Source of the DNA: a virus | Virus record (IMG/VR): IMGVR_UViG_3300023213_000414 | Reading direction: 5' to 3' (one strand) | Length of the DNA stretch: 38,885 bases | Part shown: positions 1-8,512 of the stretch, one piece after another | Numbering within the stretch: position 1 is the stretch's first letter | Layout: each line of letters starts with the position of its first letter | The notes under the pieces: model-generated | What the model was told of the DNA's origin: nothing | What the model saw: only the letters and a program-made list of their open reading frames with translations | Databases searched by the model: none | Program-made: the position numbers and the translations under genes

Positions 1-127
1 CTTCGTACACTCGGTTTGTACCATTCTTCTATTCTCCCGTTATCCCTCACATTCACAGCGCATCAACACAGTGCTCTCGCAGGAAACCGTGTATTTGCAC
101 GCCCTGAACTAAGACATTGACCATTCC
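1..127. repeat. Terminal direct repeat, copy 1 (identical to 38759..38885)
   Basis: Base-by-base comparison: cttcgtacactcggtttgtacc...gacattgaccattcc occurs at both window ends. Confidence 0.95.
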
Positions 128-172
128 CCCATCCCATGATTTTCTGTTAATGCACGCTAATGCACCTTCTTT

Positions 173-688
173 ATGCGTCCCGCTAAGATATACAACGCTG
201 AACAGCTCGGATTCTTCGCGGCAAGGCTCATCAAGCAGTATTGGGATGCTAGGAAAATCCCATGCCCAGGCTCCATGCTGTCTCAACATTTGGGTGTTTT
301 AATCAACAAGTCAGGGCTTGGTGGGCTTTATTCCATCGTCGATACCGAGGCGATGAAGCCCTTCCACTGCATCCTTTCACGCCGTGGAAGGCGTGCATTC
401 GTTCCTATCGAAGTCTGGAATGGGTATACCGAGGAGGAGAAGCAGTATACAGAGCTCAGGGTGTTCACTAAACGGTATCTAATGAAGCGTAGTCCTAGTC
501 CGGCTCAGGCTGCTGAGTATGACGTAAGGAATCCCATAACAAATCCACCGCAGGGGAACAATGCCAACCCGAATCAATACCGAGGAAAGAAGTTCGGTGA
601 GGGATACCTTGAGCCCATAGACATGGACGATATCCCACCACCTATTCCACGTGGAACGATCGATGATCCGGAACCAGACGCAGCTTAG
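173..688 (+). CDS. Hypothetical early protein with Pro/Asn-rich acidic C-terminus
   Basis: 171-aa ORF, first gene to the right of the control region. No Shine-Dalgarno (SD) motif upstream, so possibly a short or absent leader. Antisense ORFs here look spurious. Confidence 0.5.
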   Translation: MRPAKIYNAEQLGFFAARLIKQYWDARKIPCPGSMLSQHLGVLINKSGLGGLYSIVDTEAMKPFHCILSRRGRRAFVPIEVWNGYTEEEKQYTELRVFTKRYLMKRSPSPAQAAEYDVRNPITNPPQGNNANPNQYRGKKFGEGYLEPIDMDDIPPPIPRGTIDDPEPDAA

Positions 689-804
689 CCGTCTAAGAAT
701 GAGACAATCGTCTACTTGGCACGCATCGAACCAACCCACTGATTCATTTCGAACATTCCTGAAATAAGCGAAATGCTGTAAAGAGCTTTGTCGATTCACA
801 TAAT

Positions 805-846
805 CCATCGTCTTGCACTCAGCTTCAATCGTCTTCCATCGTCTTG
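805..846 (+). promoter_or_regulatory. Three phased direct repeats of ATCGTCTT (candidate operator or iteron set)
   Basis: ATCGTCTT at 807..814, 828..835 and 838..845 (spacings 21 and 10 nt). A variant ATCGTCTA lies at 707..714. Sits in a 200-nt intergenic spacer upstream of the ATG at 889. Confidence 0.35.
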
Positions 847-888
847 GCATGCGAGTAGCAATACTCATCTACTAAGGAGTGTGTGTAA

Positions 889-981
889 ATGAACTACTTA
901 ACCGTGAAAGACAGGATTCATTTAAATGCCGTTCTCATCTATGCGATCTGTTTAATCCTAAGCATGTGGGGGAACGGATGA
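889..981 (+). CDS. Small hydrophobic peptide (30 aa, one predicted TM segment), not in the ORF track
   Basis: ATG at 889 is preceded by AAGGAG (874..879). Translation is MNYLTVKDRIHLNAVLIYAICLILSMWGNG. Its TGA overlaps the next ATG (ATGA at 978..981). The same AGGAGTGTGTGTA..ATGAAC initiation cassette recurs at 1361..1378. Confidence 0.35.
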   Translation: MNYLTVKDRIHLNAVLIYAICLILSMWGNG

Positions 982-1247
982 TTAAATTTTCGAAAGAAGA
1001 GGTGGCTAGCATTGCGAAGCTTTATCAAGTATCGGTTCCTCAGGCGAAATCCATTTTATGGAGTGATTTTTTTGAACAAAAACTAGCTGAAATAGAGGTT
1101 AGGTTCCAAGGAAATTTTAATCCAGGATGGAGATTCGATTGCTACTGTTTCGACTGCAAAAAGGGAAATGTATTTTTGGCCCCTAGTAGCATTCGGGAAT
1201 TTATTTTGAAACATGCAAATCATAAAACCAAAACGATGAAATTATGA
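978..1247 (+). CDS. Hypothetical protein (89 aa)
   Basis: In-frame ATG (MIKFSKEEV...) within track ORF 879..1247. The GTG at 879 overlaps the SD itself, so it is a less likely start. Confidence 0.45.
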   Translation: MIKFSKEEVASIAKLYQVSVPQAKSILWSDFFEQKLAEIEVRFQGNFNPGWRFDCYCFDCKKGNVFLAPSSIREFILKHANHKTKTMKL

Positions 1248-1372
1248 CGAGATTGAATGGAATGCAGCCTTAGTTTACCTCGTCTGTCTCATTCTCAGTA
1301 TGTATTAAGCCGGTAACGGCACTGCCCTTGGACCTAATAGGTTCAGGGGTTAGTGCATTGAGGAGTGTGTGT

Positions 1373-1753
1373 ATGAACAGTAGAAAAAAGTATACGCTTA
1401 TTGAAGAATTAACAGCTCTTCTTAAAGAAGAGCATGCGGGGTGCGAAGACAATACTTGCATTATTCGCAATGATTTTGCCGAACAATATCCAATAGTCAT
1501 CTTTGAAGACTTTGCAAGCTCTGGTGCCGCATCAAAGAAGTTCAGTCGGCTCTTCGGTGAACTGCGATCTTGTTACAAGTCTTGGTGGAAGCTTCTTAGG
1601 CGAGATTGCGGCCGACTTTGTCGGAATGTTCCGCATCAAACATGTTCATGCAATGCAGTCATTTGGGATTTATATGGCGACTACAACGAAGGAAACCATG
1701 TTCGTTGCGCTTCTTGTAACAAGGCTTTGAATTGGCATCCAGAAACAGATTGA
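1373..1753 (+). CDS. Hypothetical Cys-rich protein (possible zinc-binding)
   Basis: ATG at 1373 with GAGGAG 7 nt upstream, in frame with track ORF 1328..1753. Several CxxC-like pairs (CSCN, CASC). Confidence 0.5.
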   Translation: MNSRKKYTLIEELTALLKEEHAGCEDNTCIIRNDFAEQYPIVIFEDFASSGAASKKFSRLFGELRSCYKSWWKLLRRDCGRLCRNVPHQTCSCNAVIWDLYGDYNEGNHVRCASCNKALNWHPETD

Positions 1754-1861
1754 AATGAATGTGAGGTAGGCGCTGTCTATCTCCCATTTTTCTATCTTGA
1801 CACACACTCAAGCACTGCGGCTCCGACGGTGTAAAATATCGGGCCAAGAATTGGAGGAAAG

Positions 1862-2080
1862 ATGAAAATAGCAAAGGTTCAGACATCCGATCGTCGGATA
1901 GATTTAGATATTGGAATCCATAACAAACAGATGCGCCACGGAATCCAGTGGATTCCAGTGGCTATTGTGCTTGGTAAACCAACGAATACAGACGCCCATT
2001 TATTTAAATTGTCTGTCCTCGCCGATATCCCAGCTCTATTCGAAATCGAAAAAAATGTATTCGGATATCCAGAGGATTGA
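1862..2080 (+). CDS. Hypothetical protein (72 aa)
   Basis: ATG preceded by GGAGG (1851..1855). Its stop overlaps the following gene region. Confidence 0.45.
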   Translation: MKIAKVQTSDRRIDLDIGIHNKQMRHGIQWIPVAIVLGKPTNTDAHLFKLSVLADIPALFEIEKNVFGYPED

Positions 2081-2088
2081 GGAAAATC

Positions 2089-2376
2089 ATGAGAACAGTA
2101 GCATTCGTTATGTGTCTATCTTTACTTGGTTACGCCTGTACATCTGATTCAGATTGCAGATACGGCGCTGTCTGTTTGAGACAAAATCAATTCGATACTT
2201 ATGGCGTCTGCACAGGTGGAGACCAACCAGGGAACCGTTGGGATAATCATCCCATTATCAACCGATTAAATCCCTCATCCGGAATTGGAAAGACATGCAC
2301 TTACGACGGAGATTGCGGTGGGTTCCAAAGCCATTGCGTGAAAGAAGGATTCGCGACTTACGGAGTATGCATGTGA
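2089..2376 (+). CDS. Exported cysteine-rich mini-protein with two internal Cys-repeat modules
   Basis: ATG at 2089 with GAGGA 5 nt upstream. N-terminal hydrophobic signal (MRTVAFVMCLSLLGYAC). Two modules with the pattern C-x5-C-x5-C-x(8-9)-YGVC. Confidence 0.55.
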   Translation: MRTVAFVMCLSLLGYACTSDSDCRYGAVCLRQNQFDTYGVCTGGDQPGNRWDNHPIINRLNPSSGIGKTCTYDGDCGGFQSHCVKEGFATYGVCM

Positions 2377-2455
2377 GCTTTTTCTACTATATATGGCTTT
2401 GGTATTCAAACTGGAATCATGATCGCTTGTATGCCTCGCTTGTACGGGAGGAAAG

Positions 2456-2719
2456 ATGGACCGAGAAGAAAAGATTAAAATAATCGAGCTAAGGATTGTG
2501 AAGGAATTGCGTCAACATCAAGAACAGCACTTTACTGGGTTCCCGATGCAAATGCTTGCGGCTAAGTATAGTAAGGCGATTTCAAACGGCTGCGGTTCAT
2601 TCCCGGAATTCATCGAGAGTATGCGGCAACGTGGATTGATTCAGGTGGCCTATTCTGAGCATGGAGCGAGGACTGTTTTCTTGGGCGCTAGCAAGACTGA
2701 GACTAAGGTATGGTTTTAA
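2456..2719 (+). CDS. Hypothetical protein (87 aa), possibly winged-helix-like
   Basis: ORF with GGGAGGAAAG immediately upstream of the ATG. Confidence 0.45.
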   Translation: MDREEKIKIIELRIVKELRQHQEQHFTGFPMQMLAAKYSKAISNGCGSFPEFIESMRQRGLIQVAYSEHGARTVFLGASKTETKVWF

Positions 2720-2820
2720 TTGTTAATCTCGCTCGCGCGACCCTTGGAGATGCGCGCTGGTATTATGCCCAGGGGCATGGTATTCCAAAGGCTGTTTTTT
2801 TTCTACGCTGGAGGGAGTAA

Positions 2821-3174
2821 GTGAAAGACGATGCCGAAAATAAGAAAACGACTAGTAAGACACTTATCGGTGACTCAGGTTTCAAAGCGGAAGTCACTGA
2901 AGAGAATAAGAATCCAAAATCAATCGAAGGGCAACGTGCCGCCTCTCTCATTAAAAGAGCAGGCTCTTATCTCTGCCCTGTTGGATTTACCTATAAAGGC
3001 TTCGCTGTCGTCCATTTTTTCGAAAAACAGGCTGTGGAGGGTCCTGAGTATTCAATGGCCTGTCAAACCGAGGTCAAGGAAGTGAATGAAGGGCATGCGG
3101 ATATAGGATGGAAGAGTTTGCGTTCCGCATTGATGAATGCTTATGGAAGAAGCGATCCGAGGAATAGACAATGA
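2821..3174 (+). CDS. Hypothetical protein (117 aa)
   Basis: GTG start preceded by GGAGGGAG. ATGA overlap with the exonuclease gene at 3171..3174. Confidence 0.45.
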   Translation: MKDDAENKKTTSKTLIGDSGFKAEVTEENKNPKSIEGQRAASLIKRAGSYLCPVGFTYKGFAVVHFFEKQAVEGPEYSMACQTEVKEVNEGHADIGWKSLRSALMNAYGRSDPRNRQ

Positions 3175-3992
3175 AGCCAGGAATCTATCCATCTTTACCT
3201 ATTAACGAATACCATTCAGGCCCGGGGCTTTCCTCGACTGATTTAAAACAGCTCTTGAAGTCTCCGAGACATTGGAAAGCGAGTAAAGAGAGTGAAAAAA
3301 AGCAGAATGCTTATCAGATTAAGGGTGAGTTAGTCCATGTTCTCCTGCTTCAGCCTCAGGAATTTCAGGAAAAATTCGCAGTCGGGGATTTCAAAATCCG
3401 AAGGGGTAAGGAATACGATAAAGTATGCGCAGAGAATGAAGGAAAGACAATAGTTTCCCAAGAAGAGTATACAATAGGATGCGCCATTCGCGATTCAGTT
3501 CTCTTGCAAGCCAAAGAAAATGAACATCTTAATCGCGCACTTCAAGGTCAAAAGGAGCATTCGTTCTACTGGGAAGATAAAGCGACTGGGATTTTATGCA
3601 AGGCGCGCCCGGATATTCTGAATCTTGAAACCAAGACTATCTCCGATTTGAAAACTACTTCAGATGCAAGCTTCGATGCCTTCCAACGCGATGTAGTCGA
3701 GTATATGTACTTCTTGAGTATGGCATTCTATGAGACTGGCGTTAAGGTCTCGGGACTGAAACATCAATTCATCGCGATTGAAAAGACTGAACCATATCCA
3801 GTCGCTCTTTACACTCTCTCAGTTGATGCGATAGCGATAGGGCATAAGTTCGCTAGGAAAGCTTTGAACTGTTATGCTGATGCTATTTCGACAGACTCCT
3901 GGAATGGATATCCAATGGAACCTATTGAGATGGGTTTACCTCAGTGGACGAACTACAAGTATTCTTTTGCCGCAGGAGATCCTAATGAATAA
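3171..3992 (+). CDS. PD-(D/E)XK-family recombination exonuclease (RecE/DUF3799-like)
   Basis: N-terminus GIYPSLPINEYHSGPGLSSTDLKQLLKSPRHW is typical of phage PDDEXK exonucleases. D..D.K-type core (RPDIL...ISDLKT). Directly upstream of RecT and overlapping it. Confidence 0.7.
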   Translation: MKPGIYPSLPINEYHSGPGLSSTDLKQLLKSPRHWKASKESEKKQNAYQIKGELVHVLLLQPQEFQEKFAVGDFKIRRGKEYDKVCAENEGKTIVSQEEYTIGCAIRDSVLLQAKENEHLNRALQGQKEHSFYWEDKATGILCKARPDILNLETKTISDLKTTSDASFDAFQRDVVEYMYFLSMAFYETGVKVSGLKHQFIAIEKTEPYPVALYTLSVDAIAIGHKFARKALNCYADAISTDSWNGYPMEPIEMGLPQWTNYKYSFAAGDPNE

Positions 3993-4869
3993 TAATGCCA
4001 TTACTCCTTCAGTAGAAGCCGGACGATTCCTTTCGAAAGAAAAAGTCCATCTTATAAAACAGCTTTACTGCAAACAAGCCAGTGACACTGAGCTTCAGCA
4101 TTTCCTTGAAGTTTGCGAGAGCAGGAGACTCGATCCTGTCCTGAAACAGATTTATGCAGTTTTCAGATTCTCCAGGAAAGAGAATCGCGCGATCATGACG
4201 ATTCAGGTAGGAATCGATGGTCAGCGGTCTCTCGCGAGTAGAACAGGGGAATATGCTGGTAACGACGCTGCTAAATTCGAATGGCAAGAAAATGGTCTTC
4301 CATCAAGTGCTACTGTCACAGTTTACAGAATGGTGGCTAATCAGAAATGTGCTTTCACAGGTATCGCTCATTGGGATGAATATTTCCCTAAAGACGAGAA
4401 GCTTCAGAACTTTTGGAAATTAATGCCTAAAGGACAGCTTGCAAAATGCGCGGAGGCTCTCGCTCTACGAAAAGCATTCCCTGGTGAGTTATCTGGACTG
4501 TACGAACCATCTGAGATGGATCAGATTGGACCCGAGAAGATTCTTCAAGTCAGAGAAGTTCCAAAGCCAGCTCCTAAATTAGTTCCCCAAGAAGTAAAAG
4601 AAATAACTGGTTTTGCTCAACCAGAAGTCGATCCGTTCTTTCCCAAGACTGATTTAGAACAAAAGTATGAGCTTTCTGAGTATGTAGTCCCGGCAGGTTC
4701 TTTCAAAGGAAAGAAGTTAAAAGACATTTCCCATCTTGAATGGAGAAAATATGTCAGGGAAGTTGACGAGAAATTGAAAGATCCGCAATTCCCAGAAGGA
4801 ATGCGTAAAGATGCCCATCAACTTTTGGGTGTCATTGAAGATTACTTAGCTAAGACACCTAATGCCTAG
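3985..4869 (+). CDS. recT: RecT-family single-strand annealing recombinase
   Basis: In-frame ATG at 3985 with AGGAG 6 nt upstream. Motifs LDPVLKQIYAV...QVGIDGQRSLASRTGEYAG...LAKCAEALALRKAFP are characteristic of RecT. Confidence 0.85.
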   Translation: MNNNAITPSVEAGRFLSKEKVHLIKQLYCKQASDTELQHFLEVCESRRLDPVLKQIYAVFRFSRKENRAIMTIQVGIDGQRSLASRTGEYAGNDAAKFEWQENGLPSSATVTVYRMVANQKCAFTGIAHWDEYFPKDEKLQNFWKLMPKGQLAKCAEALALRKAFPGELSGLYEPSEMDQIGPEKILQVREVPKPAPKLVPQEVKEITGFAQPEVDPFFPKTDLEQKYELSEYVVPAGSFKGKKLKDISHLEWRKYVREVDEKLKDPQFPEGMRKDAHQLLGVIEDYLAKTPNA

Positions 4870-6106
4870 AAATTTCCCAGACCTGATTTCTGCTTATCTG
4901 GAATATGCGGAAGGCCAGGAGAGTACCGATCGCATCAGGAAATGGTCTTTTATTTCCATCTTAGCCGCCTGCCTTGAAAGGCGGGTTTATATGGATATGG
5001 GTGATTATTATCATCTATATTGCAATCTCTACGTCTTTCTCATCGCAAAATCGGGGGTGATTAAGAAGACCACTTCTTCAGCCCTTGCGGTTGATTTAGT
5101 CAGGTCATTCTCCGGAATGAGAATCATGGCCGAACGTTTAACGGCCGCCTCTCTTATCAGTCAATTAGCTAAATCAGGAAAGACCTTCGAATGTTCAGGA
5201 AAGATAGTTCGTCAATCTCCTGTCTTTGCTTATGCCCCTGAGCTTGCCGTCTTTATGACAGAAGTCTTTGGTTCCATCACGGAGCTTCTAACCACATTCT
5301 ACGATTCTCGCCCCGATCAAAAGCACGGAAAGGACAATCCATGGGTAAATGAGACTATTAAAGGCGGTAGAATTGAGATTCACGGACCGCTGCTCAATAT
5401 CTTAGGCGCTAGTACAAAAGCATGGCTTAGGAAGTGTATCCCTAATTCTGAGAAAGAGGGTGGGTTTACGTCTCGAATCGTTTTCGTGGTAGAGAATGGG
5501 TTACCTGACAAATGGATTCCATGGCCACAGAAAAAACCAGGTACAGAGCTATATGAAGAAAAGATAATCGAGGATTTGCTTCAAGTATTCTCTCTAATAG
5601 GAGAAATGAAGCCCACCCCAGAAGCTAAGGAGCTTTTCAGCCGATGGTATATCTCCCATCAAACGAATGTCGCTGATAGAAATCAGGACGCCAGGATGAG
5701 CGGATACTTTAATCGAAAGGGAGATTCCGTAAGAAAGCTCGCAATGATTCGATCTGCTAGTCAAAGGAATGATCTACTTGTTACTGAAGACGATATGCGG
5801 TGGGCTTGCAGAGAATTGAATGCTTTAGAACTTGATTGGAGAACAGCCTTCGATCAAGTGATTCCTTTGAGCGGAGTAGAATATGAGATTTATGAGTTGA
5901 TGCATCAGAAAACGATGATTCGAAAAAAAGATATCTTTCTTCATTTTGATAAAATCCCAGTGATGAATGTCATGCAAGCTCTGCACACATTGAAAGGGAT
6001 GGGTGAAATCATAGAATGCAAAAAACCATTGGGATTAAGTAAGGAGAAGATCGAATACTATGCCCTTCCTGGATGGGAAGGAAATTGGGAGAAGACGAGG
6101 AATTAA
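4862..6106 (+). CDS. Hypothetical 414-aa protein, possibly replication-associated (NTPase-like?)
   Basis: Long ORF overlapping recT by 8 nt, last gene of the plus-strand early block. Only weak Walker-like strings (AKSGVIKKTT, RIVFVVE). Function not established. Confidence 0.5.
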   Translation: MPRNFPDLISAYLEYAEGQESTDRIRKWSFISILAACLERRVYMDMGDYYHLYCNLYVFLIAKSGVIKKTTSSALAVDLVRSFSGMRIMAERLTAASLISQLAKSGKTFECSGKIVRQSPVFAYAPELAVFMTEVFGSITELLTTFYDSRPDQKHGKDNPWVNETIKGGRIEIHGPLLNILGASTKAWLRKCIPNSEKEGGFTSRIVFVVENGLPDKWIPWPQKKPGTELYEEKIIEDLLQVFSLIGEMKPTPEAKELFSRWYISHQTNVADRNQDARMSGYFNRKGDSVRKLAMIRSASQRNDLLVTEDDMRWACRELNALELDWRTAFDQVIPLSGVEYEIYELMHQKTMIRKKDIFLHFDKIPVMNVMQALHTLKGMGEIIECKKPLGLSKEKIEYYALPGWEGNWEKTRN

Positions 6107-8512
6107 TCATCTAGATGGAAGAGGGATGTTTACTCTAGCACCTGGTGCCCCTGAAACGATAACCGGATGAGCTCCGGGCTGATTTCTATATCCACCAATC
6201 TTCGCTAATTGCTCTACTACGTTTGGATTAATAGTAGGAGTCCCCATTTGTGGCGAAGTTTGTTGCTGAGCGTTTTGTTGTATTCTTGCTTCATTGGCAT
6301 CGGCAGCCATTCCCCGCTTTTCTAACTCTATATTTCTTGCAGCGGTAGCTGCTGAAGCCGAGGCAGTTGGGACATATCTTTTCACAGTGGTCCTGACGCC
6401 ATTCTGAAGGGTTGTAGGAATGTCGGCCACTTTCATGTTACTCGTGAGACTTTCCATAAGCCTGCGAGCTTCGATGATCTTGGCTTTCAAAGCCGGCCCC
6501 TCAGCGGAATCGATCATGTCCTGAAAGCCTTCATCAAGAAGGTAATTTACTTTAGTCTTAGAGGAACCGAGACCAGACATTATATTATGAACCGCTTGCA
6601 CAGGCTCGACAGAATGCTTCATCAGCATTTTAACGCCCTCTCTAACTGCCGATTTCTGAATGTCAGTTAAAGATGATTGTCCTTCTGCTTTCGCCCCCTC
6701 CAATAACATCTTTTGGAAAACGGTGAGATCCTTTTTGTCAAACAACCTAGAAACCACAGCTTCATTATCAACATTGTTGATGTATTTAAGAAGACTTCCG
6801 GCTTGGACATATCCATTGGGTGAAAACTTCTTTATCAGGTAATTTACCATCTGTCCCTGTAATCCATTCCATTCTGGAGAATCATTCCCGAGGACATTCT
6901 TAGTGGCTTCTAGAAAATTTGCTTTTTCAGCCTTGTTCCCACCTAGAATAGCGTTTAGAAATGTCTCTCTCGAACCTTCATCTCTAAGAATGCCTTTCAT
7001 ATCCCGAACGGCACCTATCTGATCGTGAAATCTTTGGAACTCGTTTATCCAATTATCAGAGGTAACACCTGGGATTTTGGAACCATTAGGAGCGTACATT
7101 TGGTTGATGAAGGCATTCCTATCAGAGACCGAACCTTTCCAAACTTTCTCGTAAAGACGAGCGGCTTCATCGGCTCCGGTTGTGGTGGGTGTTTTCTTAT
7201 CGAACTTAGAAAGCTTCCCAAGCTTCTCTATATCAGAGAACATCTCTTCTGGGAGAGTCCCGCCCTCGGCGCCGGCCTGACCAACTAACTTGTTATAGTG
7301 ATTCGCAAGCTTATCCAATGCCCCTTGAACATCAGGCTTTACTAGATTGAGCTTATCCGCATCGATCAAACCAATTTCAGTATTGTCAGCCTTTCCTCTA
7401 GGGAATCCATAGCCATAATCAGTCAAGGTGTCTTTCAAAGACTTCAAGGTATTGTCCATTGAGACTTTCTTACCCTGTTGATTGGCCATCGAAGTCACTT
7501 CGCCCTTGATCTGACCAACCATTCCTCCAAGCCTATCTTCCGCTTTATCAAAGACATTCTTTAGCCCACCAGCAAAAACTTCGGGTTCATCCAAAGAAGA
7601 CGCGTGAGGGTAGACAACGTCCAGAAATTGATTAAAAGCGTTTCTGATACTGGCGAGCTTCGTGGTAGCGGCTCCAGCAGTTCTTTCAATCGCTTCTGTC
7701 GCTAATGGAAATTCTTTGGAAATAGCAGATCCAACTTTTCCGATGAGATTCCTAGCGCCCAGTAATGTCCCACCAATAATTGGGGAAGCCACGGCATTCA
7801 CAGCTGTACTTTTAGCCACATCTTCAATTCCGCTTCCGGTCTGTGGCTGTGCCGAGACTTTATTCAAAGCTGAAATCATTCCTTGCCTGGTTAATCCTTC
7901 GGCCGCGCCACCCGCAGCTCCAGATAGGGCAAGGCCAACAGGCCCACCTTCTCCGGTAGTCATTGTTTGGGTTCCAACATTCGCGGCTAATGGAATAGCG
8001 TTTAAAGCGTTGAAAATGACGAAATCAGCGATAGGACCATAAACCTTGTCATCCATCTTTCTAAAATTTTCATCTTTATTAGGCCGAAAAAGAAGGCTCC
8101 CACCAGGCCCATCTTTCACATTCTCAGCTCCGAACATACTTTCGAAGGCTTGCTTTTGTTCTTTGGGATTTCTTCCAAGCCTAGCCCGCATTTGAGCGCC
8201 AATGACTTTCAGCTCCTGAGGGAGATGTTCCCACATTCCCTGTCCAAGAGATCGTAAGCCGTCTTCTGGAATGTGTTTTATCCCTTCTACCTGAGAATCT
8301 ATTTGCGAAAGAAGATCATCGGCATATTTGTCATGATTTATAGGAGTAGGCGTATTGTCTCTTTGAAGAAGATCATGAACTTTTTGAATCTTTTGAGGAT
8401 CAGTTAAAGGTGGTGGAGTCGGTGATGATTCCGTTTGTCCCGTTGGAATAGGATTTGGATTGCTAGTAGGAGTAATGGGTGCCGGACTCCCATCTGGATT
8501 CAAAAGAGGCAT
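6107..8512 (-). CDS. Large virion protein (801 aa), putative internal virion/ejection protein
   Basis: Last and largest gene of the late operon. Pro/Thr-rich N-terminus. The position resembles T7 gp16-type proteins. No enzymatic motif recognised. Confidence 0.45.
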   Translation of the reverse strand: MPLLNPDGSPAPITPTSNPNPIPTGQTESSPTPPPLTDPQKIQKVHDLLQRDNTPTPINHDKYADDLLSQIDSQVEGIKHIPEDGLRSLGQGMWEHLPQELKVIGAQMRARLGRNPKEQKQAFESMFGAENVKDGPGGSLLFRPNKDENFRKMDDKVYGPIADFVIFNALNAIPLAANVGTQTMTTGEGGPVGLALSGAAGGAAEGLTRQGMISALNKVSAQPQTGSGIEDVAKSTAVNAVASPIIGGTLLGARNLIGKVGSAISKEFPLATEAIERTAGAATTKLASIRNAFNQFLDVVYPHASSLDEPEVFAGGLKNVFDKAEDRLGGMVGQIKGEVTSMANQQGKKVSMDNTLKSLKDTLTDYGYGFPRGKADNTEIGLIDADKLNLVKPDVQGALDKLANHYNKLVGQAGAEGGTLPEEMFSDIEKLGKLSKFDKKTPTTTGADEAARLYEKVWKGSVSDRNAFINQMYAPNGSKIPGVTSDNWINEFQRFHDQIGAVRDMKGILRDEGSRETFLNAILGGNKAEKANFLEATKNVLGNDSPEWNGLQGQMVNYLIKKFSPNGYVQAGSLLKYINNVDNEAVVSRLFDKKDLTVFQKMLLEGAKAEGQSSLTDIQKSAVREGVKMLMKHSVEPVQAVHNIMSGLGSSKTKVNYLLDEGFQDMIDSAEGPALKAKIIEARRLMESLTSNMKVADIPTTLQNGVRTTVKRYVPTASASAATAARNIELEKRGMAADANEARIQQNAQQQTSPQMGTPTINPNVVEQLAKIGGYRNQPGAHPVIVSGAPGARVNIPLPSR

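Noticed and set aside
1-127. Interpreting the 127-nt repeat as a biological direct terminal repeat or an attachment-site duplication.
   Set aside because: Sequence alone cannot distinguish these. An exact 127-nt overlap at contig ends is what a k=127 assembler produces for a circular or permuted molecule, and no integrase or flanking host DNA is present.
53-471. ORFs 53..289 (-), 117..302 (+) and 262..471 (+) near the window start.
   Set aside because: They lie in the control region or out of frame within gene 173..688. They have no SD and a low-complexity or antisense-like composition.
479-868. Minus-strand 129-aa ORF in the early region.
   Set aside because: It overlaps the 3' 210 nt of the plus-strand gene 173..688. 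Its Arg/Trp/Cys-rich composition is typical of antisense frames, and its non-overlapping part coincides with the ATCGTCTT repeat spacer.
2720-2820. A possible terminator: GCGCGC...GCGCGC and ATGCCCAGGGGCAT palindromes followed by a T8 run (2795..2802).
   Set aside because: The T-run lies about 20-40 nt away from either stem, so it does not have canonical intrinsic-terminator geometry. Not called.
7662-8042. Plus-strand 126-aa ORF, and similar antisense ORFs inside large late genes (for example 9861..10145, 10139..10453, 15194..15514, 19387..19764 and 22237..22561).
   Set aside because: All are fully nested antisense within long, well-supported minus-strand genes. Their Pro/Ala-rich or Arg-rich compositions are typical of shadow frames.
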